64,000 bases of DNA from Squalus acanthias (Eukaryota), in assembly GCA_030390025.1 (NCBI GenBank), contig CM059431.1, positions 100,008,001 to 100,072,000 of the forward strand, read 5' to 3'. Within the stretch, counting starts at the first letter, position 1. Each line of letters opens with the position of its first letter. The notes under the pieces are model-generated. The model searched no databases, was not told the origin of the DNA, and saw nothing but the letters and a program-made list of their open reading frames with translations. Below are positions 38,950 to 50,787 of the stretch, piece by piece. The position numbers and the translations under genes were made by a program.

Positions 38950-40945
38950 AGGGATATCAAGGGATATACGAGAATGGATTAGGAAAAAAAGGGAGGCTTT
39001 TGGCAGATACAAAGGACTAAAAACAGTGGAAGCCCTAGAGGAGTATAGAAAGTGCAGGGGGTTACTTAAAAAAGAAATTAGGAGAGCGAAGAGGGGGCAT
39101 GAAATAACACTGGCGGGCAAAATAAGGAAAATCCCAAGGTGTTTTATAAGTATATTAAGGGCAAGAGGATAACCAGGGAAAGAGTAGGGCCCATTAGGGA
39201 CCAAAGTGACAATCTGTGTGTAGAGCCAGAAGATGTAGGTGGTGTTTTAAATGAATATTTTGCATCTGTGTTCACTATGGAGAAGGACGATGTAGGCATA
39301 GAAATCAGGCAGGGGGATTGTGATATACTTGAACAAATTAGTATTGAGAGGGAGGAGGTACTAGCGGTTTTAGCAGGCTTAAAAGTAGATAAATCCCCAG
39401 GCCCAGACGAGATGTATCCCAGGCTGCTGTGTGAGGCAAGGGAGGAGATTGCAGGGGCTCTGACACAAATTTTCATAACCTCTCTGGCCACAGGGGAGGT
39501 GCCAGAGGACTGGAGAACAGCTAACGTAGTACCATTATTCAAGAAGGGTAGTAGGGATAAACCAGGGAATTACAGGTCAGTGAGTCAGTGGTAGGGAAAT
39601 TATTGGAAAAAATTCTGAGGGACAGAATTAGTCTCCACTTGGAGAGGCAAGGATTAATCAAGGATAGTCAGCATGGCTTTGTCAGGGGGAGATCATGTCT
39701 GACCAATTTGATTGAATTTTTTGAGGGGGTGACTAGGTGTGTGGATGAGGGTAGTGCAGTTGATGTGGTCTACATGGACTTCAGTAAGGCTTTTGACAAA
39801 GTCCCGCATGGGAGACTGGTCAAGAAGGTAAAAGCCCATGGGATCCAGGGCAACTTGGCACATTGGATCCAAAATTGGCTTAGTGGCAGGAGGCAGAGGG
39901 TGATGGTCGAAGGTTGTTTTTGTGACTGGAAGCCTGTGTCCAGTTGTGTACCGCAGGGATCGGTGCTGGGTCCTTTGCTGTTTGTAGTGTACATTAATGA
40001 TTTAGATATGAACGTAGGAGGTATGATCAGTAAGTTTGCAGATGACACGAAAATTGGTGGGGTGGTAAATAACGAGGAGGGAAGCCTTAGGCTACAGGAC
40101 GATATAGACGGGTTGGTCAGATGGGCAGAACAGTGGCAAATGGAATTTAACCCTGAAAAGTGTGAGGTGATGCATTTTGGGAGGACTAACAAGGCAAGGG
40201 AATACACAATGAATGGTAGGACCTTAGGAAGGACAGAGGATCAGAGGGACCTTGGCGTGCATGTACATAGATCCCTGAAGGCAGCAGGACAGGTAGATAA
40301 GGTGGTTAAAAAGGCATATGGGATACTTGTCTTCATTAGCCGAGGCATAGAATATAAGAGCAGGGAGGTTATGATGGAGCTGTACAAAACGCTAGTTAGG
40401 CCACAGCTGGAATACTGTGTGCAGTTCTGGTCGCCACACTATAGGAAGGATGTGATTGCATTGGAGAGGGTGCAGAGGAGATTCACCAGGATGTTACCTG
40501 GGCTGCAGCGCTTCAGCTATGAAGAGAGACTGGACAGGCTGGGGTTGTTTTCCTTAGAGCAGAGAAGGCTGAGGGGGGACCTGATTGAGGTGTACAAAAT
40601 TATGAGGGGTATAGATAGGGTAGATAGAAAGGAACTTTTCCCCTTAGTAGAGGGGTCAATAACCAGGGGGCATAGTTTCAAGGTAAGGGGCAGAGGTTTA
40701 GAGGGGATTTGAGGAAAAACTTTTTCACCCAGAGGGTGGTTGGAATCTGGAACTCACTGCCTGAAAGGGTGGAAGAGGCAGGAACCCTCACAACATTCAA
40801 GAAGCATTTAGATGAGCACTTGAAACGCCATAGCATACAAGGCTACAGACCAAGTGCTGGAAAATGGGATTAGAATAGACAGGGCTTGATGGCTGGCGCG
40901 GACACGATGGGCCGAAGGGCCTCTTTCTGTGCTGTATAACTCTAT
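38950..40945 (+). mobile_element. 5'-truncated CR1 LINE (RT split by a small deletion into ORFs 39139..39594 and 39588..40712)
   Basis: KSPGPDEMYPR, YMDFSKAFDKVPH, VPQGSVLGP, FADD motifs. The tail resumes at 41842-41852 after a MITE. Confidence 0.95.
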
Positions 40946-41841
40946 GGGGGAAAAATTCAGTTGCTTGCGCCTCCCGTTAGCGCCTTAAGAGGGCGCTAAT
41001 GGGGCGCAAAGCAACTAGTGCCCGGGCGTGGCGACGTTTGCGCCGCTCGCGAAATTAACTAGACATTTTGCGGCGGCGCTAAACAGTACTGCCACGATCT
41101 CCTGCGCCGGCAGATCGTGATGTCAGTCGAGTGCGCAACGCCCCGGTAGCGCCCCGGAGCGGATATCGAGTGGCGCCCCCTGCCTTACCGCCTGCCGCTA
41201 GCAACGACAGGTTGAGGGGAGCGTTTTGCAGTCAGGAAGGGACTGGGGGAGCGCTATTTAAAGGCGACCGCTTCCTGCCTTTTTTTGTTGCGACATTTTT
41301 GAACCACGCATTCTGAGAGAGAGAGAGAGAGAGAGAGACTTCTGGAGAGATTCAACGCTGTGTGAAGGAGTTTTGGGTACTGAGCAGCACTTTGCAGCTT
41401 CATTTTGATTTGACCTTCCTTGTATCGATTTAGAAGAGAATGTGGGGGCTGCACTCTGAGCTCTTTCCCTGGGCCTCTCCATTGTTCTTTCCAGCAGATT
41501 TGATGTACAGGTCTCTCCAGGCCGAGATTCAAGGCTGCAATGAGCAGGATGTGGATGGAAAGCAAGATCAACCCTCCCCTTTAAGAACTGGCCGGGGTCA
41601 TTGTGTCTGTGTTCCATTGCTGACTGACATCACATGAGCTTCGCCAGCGCTGAGTTAGCGCCTCGCTCCTCGGCCTTTGCGCCTTAAGACAGATGTGTAG
41701 CGCCTGATTTAGCGCTCCAATCACCTCCAGGGGCGATAAAAGTCAAGTTTGCAGTCGGAGGCGATAATTAGCGCCAGGCACTAATCTTTACGCCCGGCCG
41801 ATAATTGCGCCCCATACGGGGCGATACTGAATTTTCTCCCC
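40946..41841. mobile_element. Harbinger-type MITE, 896 bp
   Basis: TIRs GGGGGAAAAATTCAGT / ACTGAATTTTCTCCCC, TAT target duplication, many GGCGCC/AGCGCT-type subterminal motifs, internal (GA)n. Confidence 0.9.
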
Positions 41842-42955
41842 TATGACTCTATACTGGCAATGCGCGGACTTTAGAGGGTAGTATAGAGACGGGATCAGCA
41901 CGTGGTGAGTCACCGGGCACGAGTGGGCTACTGCCAGGGCAGGGGGAAAGGGTAACGCAGGTGCCAGCGCCCCGGGGGGGGTGGGTCGTACATGAGTTCT
42001 GCTGCAGAGGACTCAGATAAGGACTTCGATGGGGCTGCCGACAGAACAACGCTGATGGGTAAGCACAACAAAATGCTTGGTGCATTGGCAGGCCTTCCAG
42101 GAAGCCTGAGTGCAACGTTAAGGAGCATGGAGGAGTCCGGCTCCAACCTTGCACAGGGCTGTGCCCAGAGCTTAGAGCCCATGATTTCCAGCATGGAAGG
42201 TGTGGGCAGATCCATTAGCGCACTTGTGGACCCAACTATCATACAGCGTCTGATGGCCAATGTCTCAGCTTCCATTACAGCACAAGCAGAAGCCACCCAA
42301 CATGTGAGTGTTGCAATGGAAGCTCAGACTGTTGCCATTGTGGCTGTGTTTACCAGTGTTGAAAGGGGCTTGCAGGGAGTCACAGCAGTCCAGCAATCTG
42401 TCCTCCAACAGAAGGCTAGGAATGCTGAGGTGCCACCCCTGGGGAGTGGCAGTGGCTTCATGGAGCAAGAACCTGCTGTCCTCTCTCAAGATGACAGCAT
42501 TCATCCTCCCACCACTGCCACTCCGCCAGTGCCCTTGCTGTTGCCTGTCAGCCAGCCAGCCCAGACTGCTGCCGCCTATGCCGAGGTGGTGCAGTCCGAA
42601 GCCAGGCCTTCTAGGCCCAGAGCTGCTCGAGGTCATCCTGCAAGGCGATTTGAAGTCTCCCCCACCGAAAATCAGCAGCCTTCCACCAGCCATGCTGCAG
42701 CCACTGGGGTAGCACTGCGTAGGAGCACTAGGGTAGGCAAAGGAACACGGAAGATAGACACTAAGGGGATGCACAAGGGTGATTAGTTGACTTTGTTATG
42801 TAATATTGGATGGATTGTTGGATAAAGTTGGATTGGAATGTTTCTTTTGTGGTGGCTTTTATTTCAGAATTGTGGCCAAGAGGATGCTGTGATGGTCAGT
42901 AACAGAGGGAAGGTAAAGTGTGGGACTGTTGTTGAAAGGGGAATTGGGGTTGTGT

Positions 42956-44255
42956 TCACTGGTACCACAGTCGGATGAGTCGATCACGGACAACCCAGAC
43001 AGAAAGGGGCTGTCTGCCTGGGTTGCCTCTCCCGTCCCGTTCCTCCTCCTCAGCTGCTCGCTGTACGCCTGGTGGCAGGGGCTGTGCGCTCATGATGGTG
43101 AGGTTGTGGAGCCTGCAGCAGACCATGACGAGACGTGTTCTGGTGAGTACTGCAAGGCTCCTCCAGAGCGGTCCAGGCAGCGGAAGCGTTGTTTAAGGAC
43201 GCCAATGGTCTGCTCTATCAGATTCCGTGTGGCAGCATGGCTCTCATTGGGCGCACACTGCCCACGTGTGGTTGGGTTGCGGAGTGGAGTCATGAGCCAG
43301 GTGGTCAGTGGAGAGCCCTTGTCGCCCAGTAGCCATCCTCTGGTTTGTCTTGATGGCTCAGAGACTGAGGGAACAGCGGACTGGCGCAGAATGAAGCATC
43401 ATAACCCATGTTCCCTGTAGGCTGCGCTTTGTCCTGCGCGGCCTGTTTCTTTTAATGCGCGGTCCCTTTAAATTTCCCCACCAACGTGGTATTTACAATG
43501 TAAAAGCCATTGAGCGGCCTGCGCGGGACCTTGCAGATTACTACGCGGCCATGTGCGTGCGCAGTTTAGAGGGAACATTGATCATGACCGCTGCCAGGAT
43601 ATCGGGCATTCGCCACCATCATGATGTGCTGAGCATGGTCACACACCAACTGCTCATTCAGCGAGTGATAATCTTTGCGGTTGCAGTACATCTCAGCATT
43701 TAGATGTGGCGCCCGCAAAGCCACGTGCGTGCAGTCGATGGTGCCCTGCACCATGGGGAAGCCCGCTATCCTGGCAAATTACGTGCAAGCTCTGTCTGCT
43801 TCTCTCTGGTCAGAGAGAAAACAATGAAGTCCCTTCTCCTGGCATAAAGAACGTCAGTCACCTCTCTTATGCAGCAGTGGACGGCGAACTGGGAGATGTT
43901 ACAAATGTCGCCTGCTCCAGCATCGAAGGATCCTGAGGCAAAGGAATTCAGGGCCACGGTCACCTTCACGGCCACTGGCAGCGCTGTCCTTGCCCCGGAG
44001 TGAGGCTGCAGGTCTGGTTGCAAGAGGTGGCAGATTCCGTGAGCACCTCCTTCGTAAAGTGCAGACGCCTCACACACGGCTCCTGGCTCAGGCTGAGGCA
44101 AGAGAAATGCTCTCGGTGGGTAAGGCCTCCTGCTGAGAGCCCTTCTCGCCTCCTCCTCCTCCCTCTGTGAGCAGCTTGTCCTCTTCTTCGCTGCCTCTGC
44201 CCCATCTCCCTGTCATGCTGCAGGCCAAGGGGGATGACAACTAGAGCGACCCTGA
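42956..44255 (-). pseudogene. Harbinger (HARBI1-like) DDE transposase, frameshifted and interrupted
   Basis: Motifs VAVKVTVALNSFASGSF, VQGTIDCTHVAL, NRKDYHSLN.QLVCD, ARYPGSGHD, WLLGDKG, HAATRNLIEQTIGVLKQRFRCL spread across several frames. Confidence 0.92.
43406..43580. mobile_element. hAT-type MITE, 175 bp
   Basis: TIRs CCATGTTCCCT / AGGGAACATTG, with an 8-bp target duplication ATCATAAC (43398) / ATCATGAC (43581). Confidence 0.8.
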
Positions 44256-45419
44256 CTGGGAGTAAGCGGTCTGACCAGAACCCTTGAAATCAGAACCAAG
44301 GCCTTCTCCACTTGCAGCACCACTCCCTGTCACCTCACCGGCTTTACACAGCTCTAGAACACACCAAACACTTCCACAAACCTACACAGAGCCAGCAGAA
44401 ATTAATCAGCAACTAACCTGTAAGTAGGCGACGCTCCCTTTACATATCGCTGGTGGGCGGATCCTTGCTGTTGCTGAATGCATGTTCAGCTGTGCGAGGT
44501 TAACACAGGGTGTTAGTTCCAGCGGTGAGGATGAAAATGGCAACGCTGGCGTCAAATCAGCGTTGCACGCTGAGCGACGTCGCGATATGCCTACGGTACG
44601 TACCTTCTGGCGCACGCTCCCAGCGCCGACGCTAATGCCCTCACCAAGATGGCGTCCGGCGCGGCACGCACCAAAAGTGCGTCACAAAAGGGCACCCTTG
44701 AACGAACAATTGTATGAACGATCGAATGAACGATTGAACGAACAAACGATGCTAGTAGGACTGGCGTAAAACGGGTAGTAGTATATTTGTAGCATTTAAT
44801 TGAATTATGATGGTGCTATGTGATTTGTACACTGGTGTTAAACTGTTTTCTTTTATGTGGAGTTTACCTTGAGATTTATTGTTTTAAATCTATAGAGGTT
44901 GTGTGTGATTATTTAAGGGTATTTGTACTGTAAACTTTGTTGATTTATTTGTAATTTTATCATTGCATTTATATTGTTAATCATAAAGTTGTTTTTAAGG
45001 CTTTATTGTTTATTGTGATCAATTAATGTAATGGTTTACTATGTAATTGATGAGTTGTATAAGTACTATTGTACTTGAATAAAAGATTAACAAAAAGGCA
45101 CCCCTAGAAAAAAAAATCAGGCGCGACGGAGCTGAATTTTTCACCCTGTGTATTTCTATTGAATCTGCTTCCACCGCCCTTTCAGGCAGCGCGTTCCAGA
45201 TCACAACAACTCGCCGCGTAAATAAAAAATCCTCGCATCGCCTCTTGGTTCTTTTGCCAATTACCTCAAACAGTTTTGTTATTTAAGTTATAGATTTCCA
45301 TTGTTTTTGTGATTGGGTTCTCTCTATTAATTCTGCCCCTGTAAAAAGGGGGCTCTTCTGTGAGGGTTCCTGTTGGGTGACACTGGGGCAGAAACCCAAT
45401 CAATGTCTTGTAAGTTACA

Positions 45420-45565
45420 TGATGCGGAGATGCCGGTGTTGGACTGGGGTGGACAAAATTGAGAGGTCGCACAACACCAGGTTATAGTCCAACAGTTTTA
45501 TTTGAAATCACAAGCTCTAAAACTGTTGGACTATAACCTGGTGTTGTGCGACCTCTCAATTTTGT
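45420..45565. mobile_element. Short inverted Penelope-like remnant forming a perfect 48-bp hairpin
   Basis: Arms 45453-45500 and 45518-45565 are exact reverse complements. Direct repeat TTGTAAGTTACA at 45408 and 45562. Family identity is from recall of shark repeats. Confidence 0.6.
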
Positions 45566-45574
45566 AAGTTACAG

Positions 45575-46400
45575 TCAGAGAAAACCCCATCAGGTGAGTT
45601 TCTCTCAATTTCACCTGCTCTCACCGGAAGTCCTGCCTCCTCTCAGTAGAAGGCGCTGCACTTCCGGCACCAAGGTCTCCAATAGAATCAGTGGAGGAAG
45701 AAAAAATAGCAGAATTGTCGCTTCCAGCGGCCCTTTTCATCGCCTGCCAGGTGTCAATTAGAAAGTTGGGCGGTGAGTGCAATTTGTCATCTTGCTGTTC
45801 CAGGGGGTCTTACATTGGAGGCTTTGCCTTGTCGTTGGGTTGAGGGTCAACTGAGCCTTGAAAATTGATCTCAGGGACGTTGGGCAAGAGGCTGGTCGAG
45901 ATATTGGAAATCTCCTGTGTTTCCTTCGCGGTGCAAAAAAAATAAAGGCTGCAGCCTTTGCGAAAGCAGATGAACACAAAGGTGAATTTGCTGGTGGACC
46001 ATCTCGGATTTCAAGAGCTGTTGCCATGGCCGCAGCAGCTTTCATCATTCGGGGAAGCAAAGAGGATGGGCTTGTGTCAGGCCCTGGAATCACAGCCGCT
46101 TAGCTTTTCCTTCCTTCCTTCCTTCTCAAATACGATGCTGTGCACGCACTTCTTTTATAATAATTTTTAGATCCTTTAGCCCCCCCTTCTCTTTCCCCTC
46201 CCCCCCCCCCCCCCCCCGCAAAAAAGCAAAGGGTTTGAGTGTTGAGTCAGTGCAAATAGGAATTGTGTTGTGATATTCTGCATGCTAAACTGTACGTTTC
46301 AGTTCCTAACTCGGTATCAAATACAGTGCAGCAGTAATTGTAGTTTATGTACCTGTACCTGTGCAGACAGATGGTTGATTGTAATTGATATACTGAAATA
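45575..46400 (+). promoter_or_regulatory. Candidate NALCN promoter / non-coding first-exon region
   Basis: Largest repeat-free block upstream of the first coding exon, which is preceded by a splice acceptor and so needs an upstream exon. Contains CpGs, GTGAGT donor-like sites (~45594, ~45773) and a poly-C tract (~46195-46218). Confidence 0.3.
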
Positions 46401-46959
46401 AATTGATTCATGGCACTGGGTTTTAGCCATCTCCAGACCCGACTATCCCGACGCTCTCCTGGCCGGCCTTCCACCCTCCGTAAACTTCAGCTCATCCGAC
46501 ACTCTGCTGCCCCGTGTCCTAACTCGCACCGAGTCCCGTTCACCCATCGCCCCCTGTGCTCGCCGACCTACGTTGGCTCCCGGTCCGGCAACACCTCGAT
46601 TTTTAAAATTCTCGCCCTTGTTTTCAAATCCCTCCGTGGCCTCGCCTCCTCCCTATCTCTGTAACCTCCTCCAGCCCTACAACCCCCACCAGATCTCTGC
46701 GTTCCTCCAATTCTGGTCTCTTGTGCATCCTCCATTTCCATCGCTCCGCCATTGGCGGCCGTGCCTTCAGCTGCCTGGGCCCCGAGCTCTGGAATTCCAT
46801 CCCTAAACCTCTCTACCTCTCTCTCCTCCTTTAAGACGCTCCTTAAAACCTCCCTCTTGGCCACCTGTCCTAATATCTCCTGATGTGGCTTGGTGTGAGG
46901 TTTTGTCTGATGACGCTCCTGTGAAGCACCTTGGGACGTTTCACTACGTTAAAGACGCG

Positions 46960-47132
46960 TTGTTGTTGTTGTAAAGGCGCTATATAAATGCACGTTGTTG
47001 TTGTAAAGGCGCTATATAAATGCATATTGTTGTTGTAAAGGCGCTATATAAATGCACGTTGTTGTTGTAAAGGCGCTATATAAATGCACGTTGCTGTTGT
47101 AAAGGCGCTATATAAATGCACGTTGCTGTTGC
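46960..47132 (+). repeat. Five 32-bp tandem copies of an L2 3' terminus (GTAAAGGCGCTATATAAATGCACGTTGTTGTT)
   Basis: Units start at 46971, 47003, 47035, 47067 and 47099, directly at the end of an L2 fragment. Confidence 0.92.
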
Positions 47133-47571
47133 TGCCACAAACTCCCCGAATATACCTGGTCGTGGACTTGAGGGCACCTTCTGTAGGGGTGTGTTACCAG
47201 GCAACCCTCGCCCTCACCAGTGGAAGTCAAGCCCGCCTGTGGTCGAGGATGGGTTCAAACCCCCAAAGATAGAAGAGGGATTTGTTTGTTTCTAGTGTTT
47301 AAATTAGTCTCCTGACATGGGGCTTGGAGCGACAATCTCGCCTTTCTGGCACCAGGAGCGAGAGATCTGCCACGTCTATGAAGACAACCGGCTTCCAGCT
47401 GGTGTTCCTGGGGTCTTTGGGCAGGGTGGGAGGCAGGAGGCGGGATGGTGAGGCTGCTGTTTTGCCCCCAGACTAAAGGCCCCTTCTCCACCCCCGAGTG
47501 TAACTGCCAGGAATTCTGGGCTTTGGTTTTGGTTTCGGTTTTTCAATCCTTGGAGGACTCGGGCACTATCT

Positions 47572-48325
47572 TTGTGTCAGCTGTGGCTCAGTGGGCAGCA
47601 CTCTCTCGCCTCTGAGTCAGAAGGTTGTGGGTTCGAGTCCCGCTCCAGAGACCTGAGCACAAAAATTTAGGCTGACACTCGAGCGCTGCACTGTCGGAGG
47701 TGCCGTCTTTCACATGAGAAGTTAAACCGAGGCCCCGTCTGCTCTCTCAGGTGGATGTAAAGGATCCCACGGCCACTATTTCGAAGAAGAGCAGGGGAGT
47801 TCTCCCTGGTGTCCTGGGGCCAATATTTATCCCTCAATCGACATCACTAAAACAGATTATCTGGTCATTGTCACATTGCTGTTTGTGGGAGCTTGCTGTG
47901 CGCAAATTGGCAGCTGCGTTTCCTGCATTACAACAGTAGAATCATGGAATATTACAGCACAAGATGGAATATTACAGCACAAGAGGAGGCCATTCGGCCC
48001 GTCGAGCCCATGCCGGCTCTCTGCAAGAGCACTTCAGCTAGTCCCACTCCCCCGCCCTTTCCCCGTAGCCCTGCAAATTTTTTTCCTTCAGTCACTTATC
48101 CAACTCCCTTTTGAAAGCCACAATTGAGTCTGCCTCCACCACCCTTTCAGGCAGTGCATTCCAGATCACCACCACTCGCTGCGTAAAAAAAGTTTTTCCT
48201 CATGTCGCCTTTGGTTCTTTTGCCAAGAGACTACACTTCAAAAAGTACTTCATTGGCTGTAAAGCACTTTGAGACGTCTTGAGGTCGTGAAAGATGCTGT
48301 AGAAATGCAAGTTCTTTCTTTCTTT
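47572..48325 (+). mobile_element. Near full-length tRNA-derived Deu-domain SINE interrupted by a CR1 fragment (~47937-48226, minus)
   Basis: Pol III A box TGGCTCAGTGGG and B box GGTTCGAGTCC. Deu-like core GATGTAAAGGATCCC...TTGCTGTTTGTGGGAGCTTGCTGTGCGCAAATTGGC. L2-like tail. Confidence 0.85.
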
Positions 48326-48510
48326 TATTCTTTACCATAAGATTATGAACTTTAATTTTTTTTGTGGATCAATTGTTTGGACATCCCAAACAATAAATTA
48401 CTGCAACATTCTATATTAATGACTTGGATGAAGGGACCGAGTGTACTGTTGCCAAATTTGCTGATGATACAAAGATAGGTGGGAAAGCAAGTTTGTGAAG
48501 AGGACACAAA

Positions 48511-49329
48511 GGGGGAGAAATTCGCAAAGTTTAGCACCTGGCGCTAATTATCGCCTCCGACTGCAAACTTGGCTTCTATCGCCCCTGGAGGTGATTGGAG
48601 CGCTAAATCAGGCGCTACACACCTCTCTTAAGGCACTAACACCGAGGAGCGAGGCGCTACCTCATGTGATGTCAGTCAGCAATGGAACACAGACACACTG
48701 GCACCGGCCAGTTCTTAAAGGGGAGGGTCGATCTTGCTCTCCATCCACACCCTGCTCATTGCAGCCTTGAATCTCGGCCTGGAGAGACCTGTACATCAAA
48801 TCTGCTGGAAAGAACAATGGAGAGGCCCAGGGAAAGAGCTCAGAGTGGAGCCCCCATAGTGTCTTCTAAATCGATGCAAGGAAGGTCAAATCAAAATGAA
48901 CCTGCAAAGTGCTGCTCAGTACCCAAAACTCCTCAACACAGTGTTGAATCTCTCCAGACGTCAGTCTCTCTCAGAATGCGTGGTGCAAAAATGTCGCCGA
49001 CAAAAAAAGGCAGGAAGTGGTTGCCTTTAAATAGCGCTACCCCAGTCCCTTCCCGACTGCAAAATGCTCCCCTCAACCTGTCGTTGCTAGCAGGCAGGCG
49101 GTAAGGCAGGGGGCGCCACTCAATATCCGGTCCGGGGCGTTGCGCGCTCGACTGACGTCACGATCTGTGGGCGCAGGAGATCGTGGCGGTAGTGTTTAGC
49201 CCCGCTGCAAAATGTCTGGTCAATTTTGCAAGCGACGCAAACATCGCCACGCCCGGGCGCTAGTTGCTTTGCGACCCGTTAACGCTCTAAGCGCTAACGG
49301 GAGGCGCAAAGCAACCGAATTTTTCCCCC
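48511..49329. mobile_element. Second copy of the Harbinger-type MITE, opposite orientation to 40946-41841
   Basis: TIRs GGGGGAGAAATTCG / CGAATTTTTCCCCC, AAA target duplication. Track ORFs 48682..49104 (+) and 41258..41617 (-) are near-identical. Confidence 0.9.
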
Positions 49330-50037
49330 AAAGAATCTGCAAAGGGATATTGACAGGTTAAGTGAGTGGGCAAAAATCTGGCAGATGGAGTATAATGTGG
49401 GAAAATGTGAGGTTATCCACTTTGGTAGGAAGCCAAAAAAAGCAAATTATTATTTAAATCGGGAGAGATTACAGAATGCTGCGGTACAGAGGGATCTGGG
49501 GTCCTTGTACATGAATCACAAAAAGTTAGCATGCAGGTACAGCAAGTAATTAGGAAGGCAAATGGAATGTTGGCCTTTATTGCAAGGGGGATGGAGTATA
49601 AAAGTAGGGAAGTCTTACTACGACAGTACAGGGCGTTGGTGAGACCACACCTAGAGTACTGTGTATAGTTTGAGTCTCCTTATTTAAGGAGGGATATATT
49701 TGCATTGGAGACAGTTCAGAGAAGGTTCACTTGGTTGATTCCTGAAATGAAGGGGTTGTCTTATGAAGAAAGGTTGAGCAGGTTGGGCCGATACTCATTG
49801 CAGTTTAGAAGAATGAGAGGTGATCTTAATGAAACGTATAAGATTCCGAGAGGGCTCAACAGGGTAGATGCAGAGAGGATGTTTCCCCTTGTGGGGGAAT
49901 CTAGAACTAGAGGGCACAGTTTCAGGATAAGGGGTCGCCCATTTAAAACGGAAATGAGGAGGAATTTCTTTTCCCAGAGGGTCGTGAATCTTTGGAATTC
50001 TCTACCCCAGAGAGCTGTGGAGGCGGAGTCATTGAAT

Positions 50038-50755
50038 GGGCTGGATATTCCGATGCCTACGGGTGTGTATGCGCTGTGTACCCACCCGTAGGGACATTGG
50101 AAATGGCGGTTTCAGGCATGCCAAGTGCATGCGCTAAAAATCGTCATTTCCGATCTGTCAAGAATGGTCTTGACAGATCGGACGCCTGCCCTGGAGAAGG
50201 GCCTCTGCGGGCGGATAGTTCCGCTTTCTGCAGAACCTCTGCCCGCAGAAAATCCTTAGAAATCTTACGCCTGGTAAAAGCAGCGTAAGGCCTGCTTTTA
50301 ACAGGATAAGAGTTGAAAAAAGGTTAAAAAAAAACATTTCAGTCATTTATCATTTAAAAATACTTTTAAAAAGTTAAGTTTATTTTTAGCCCTGTAAAAA
50401 ACTTTAATTATTTTTTCAAAAAATTAAATTTTTGTTTAAAATATTTAATTTATTGTAATTTCAACTAATTTTAAAAAGGTGATGGTTTTTTTTTAAATGT
50501 ATTTAAAGTTTTACTGTGTTTTTGGGGTGATCTCCATTCATATATTTGACGGGTCTATCTGTCAAGTGTATGAAGGAGATTCCCTTCTTTGATTGGCTCC
50601 CCATGGCCCACGTGATCCCAGGGACGCTGCGAACCGCCTGCGCCTCTGGGATACGTGGGCCCTGCGCACTTGGAGTTCGAGAGGCCCAGCATCGGAACTA
50701 TACGCACCTCGGGAGCCCTCAGGTAAGGGCGTAGATTTTTTCCAGATCGGAGGCC
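50038..50755. mobile_element. Non-autonomous Harbinger-like element, right end deleted
   Basis: Starts AAT|GGGCTGGATATT. Shares the internal palindrome GATCTGTCAAGA..TCTTGACAGATC and an AT-rich core with 365-1599. Confidence 0.7.
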
Positions 50756-50787
50756 TGGAGATAGACAGATTTTTGAAAAGTAAGGGA

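Larger units (their letters stand above)
38070..42786 (+). pseudogene. Harbinger Myb/SANT-like DNA-binding protein gene, spliced (38070-38309, 38550-38688, 38842-38948 + ~41850-42786), inactivated
   Basis: MAQQGRERAPRFSDAALEALVQEVARRREVL...Q*EQIAAVV...PRTWT*CRKKFNDL, a trihelix/Myb-like pattern with two in-frame stops. GT-AG introns. Acidic EEEEESDDED stretch. Last exon split by a CR1. Confidence 0.85.
37769..45146. mobile_element. Decayed two-gene PIF/Harbinger DNA transposon with nested insertions
   Basis: Convergent Myb/SANT-like gene (+) and HARBI1-like DDE transposase (-). GC-rich subterminal regions. Inserted in a CR1 tail (TAT / TGT flanks). The two ends match each other poorly. Confidence 0.85.

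Noticed and set aside
41258..41617. Duplicated small protein gene (similar ORF at 48682..49104)
   Set aside because: Both ORFs lie within two copies of the same non-autonomous MITE and show no recognisable domain.
42956..44255. Domesticated HARBI1 (or NAIF1/MSANTD for the Myb partner) host gene
   Set aside because: Stops, frameshifts and insertions in both genes, inside a transposon structure nested in LINE debris.
47580..47650. tRNA gene
   Set aside because: A and B boxes are present but run directly into a SINE body and LINE-derived tail. The same applies at ~62010-62095 and ~57860-57950.
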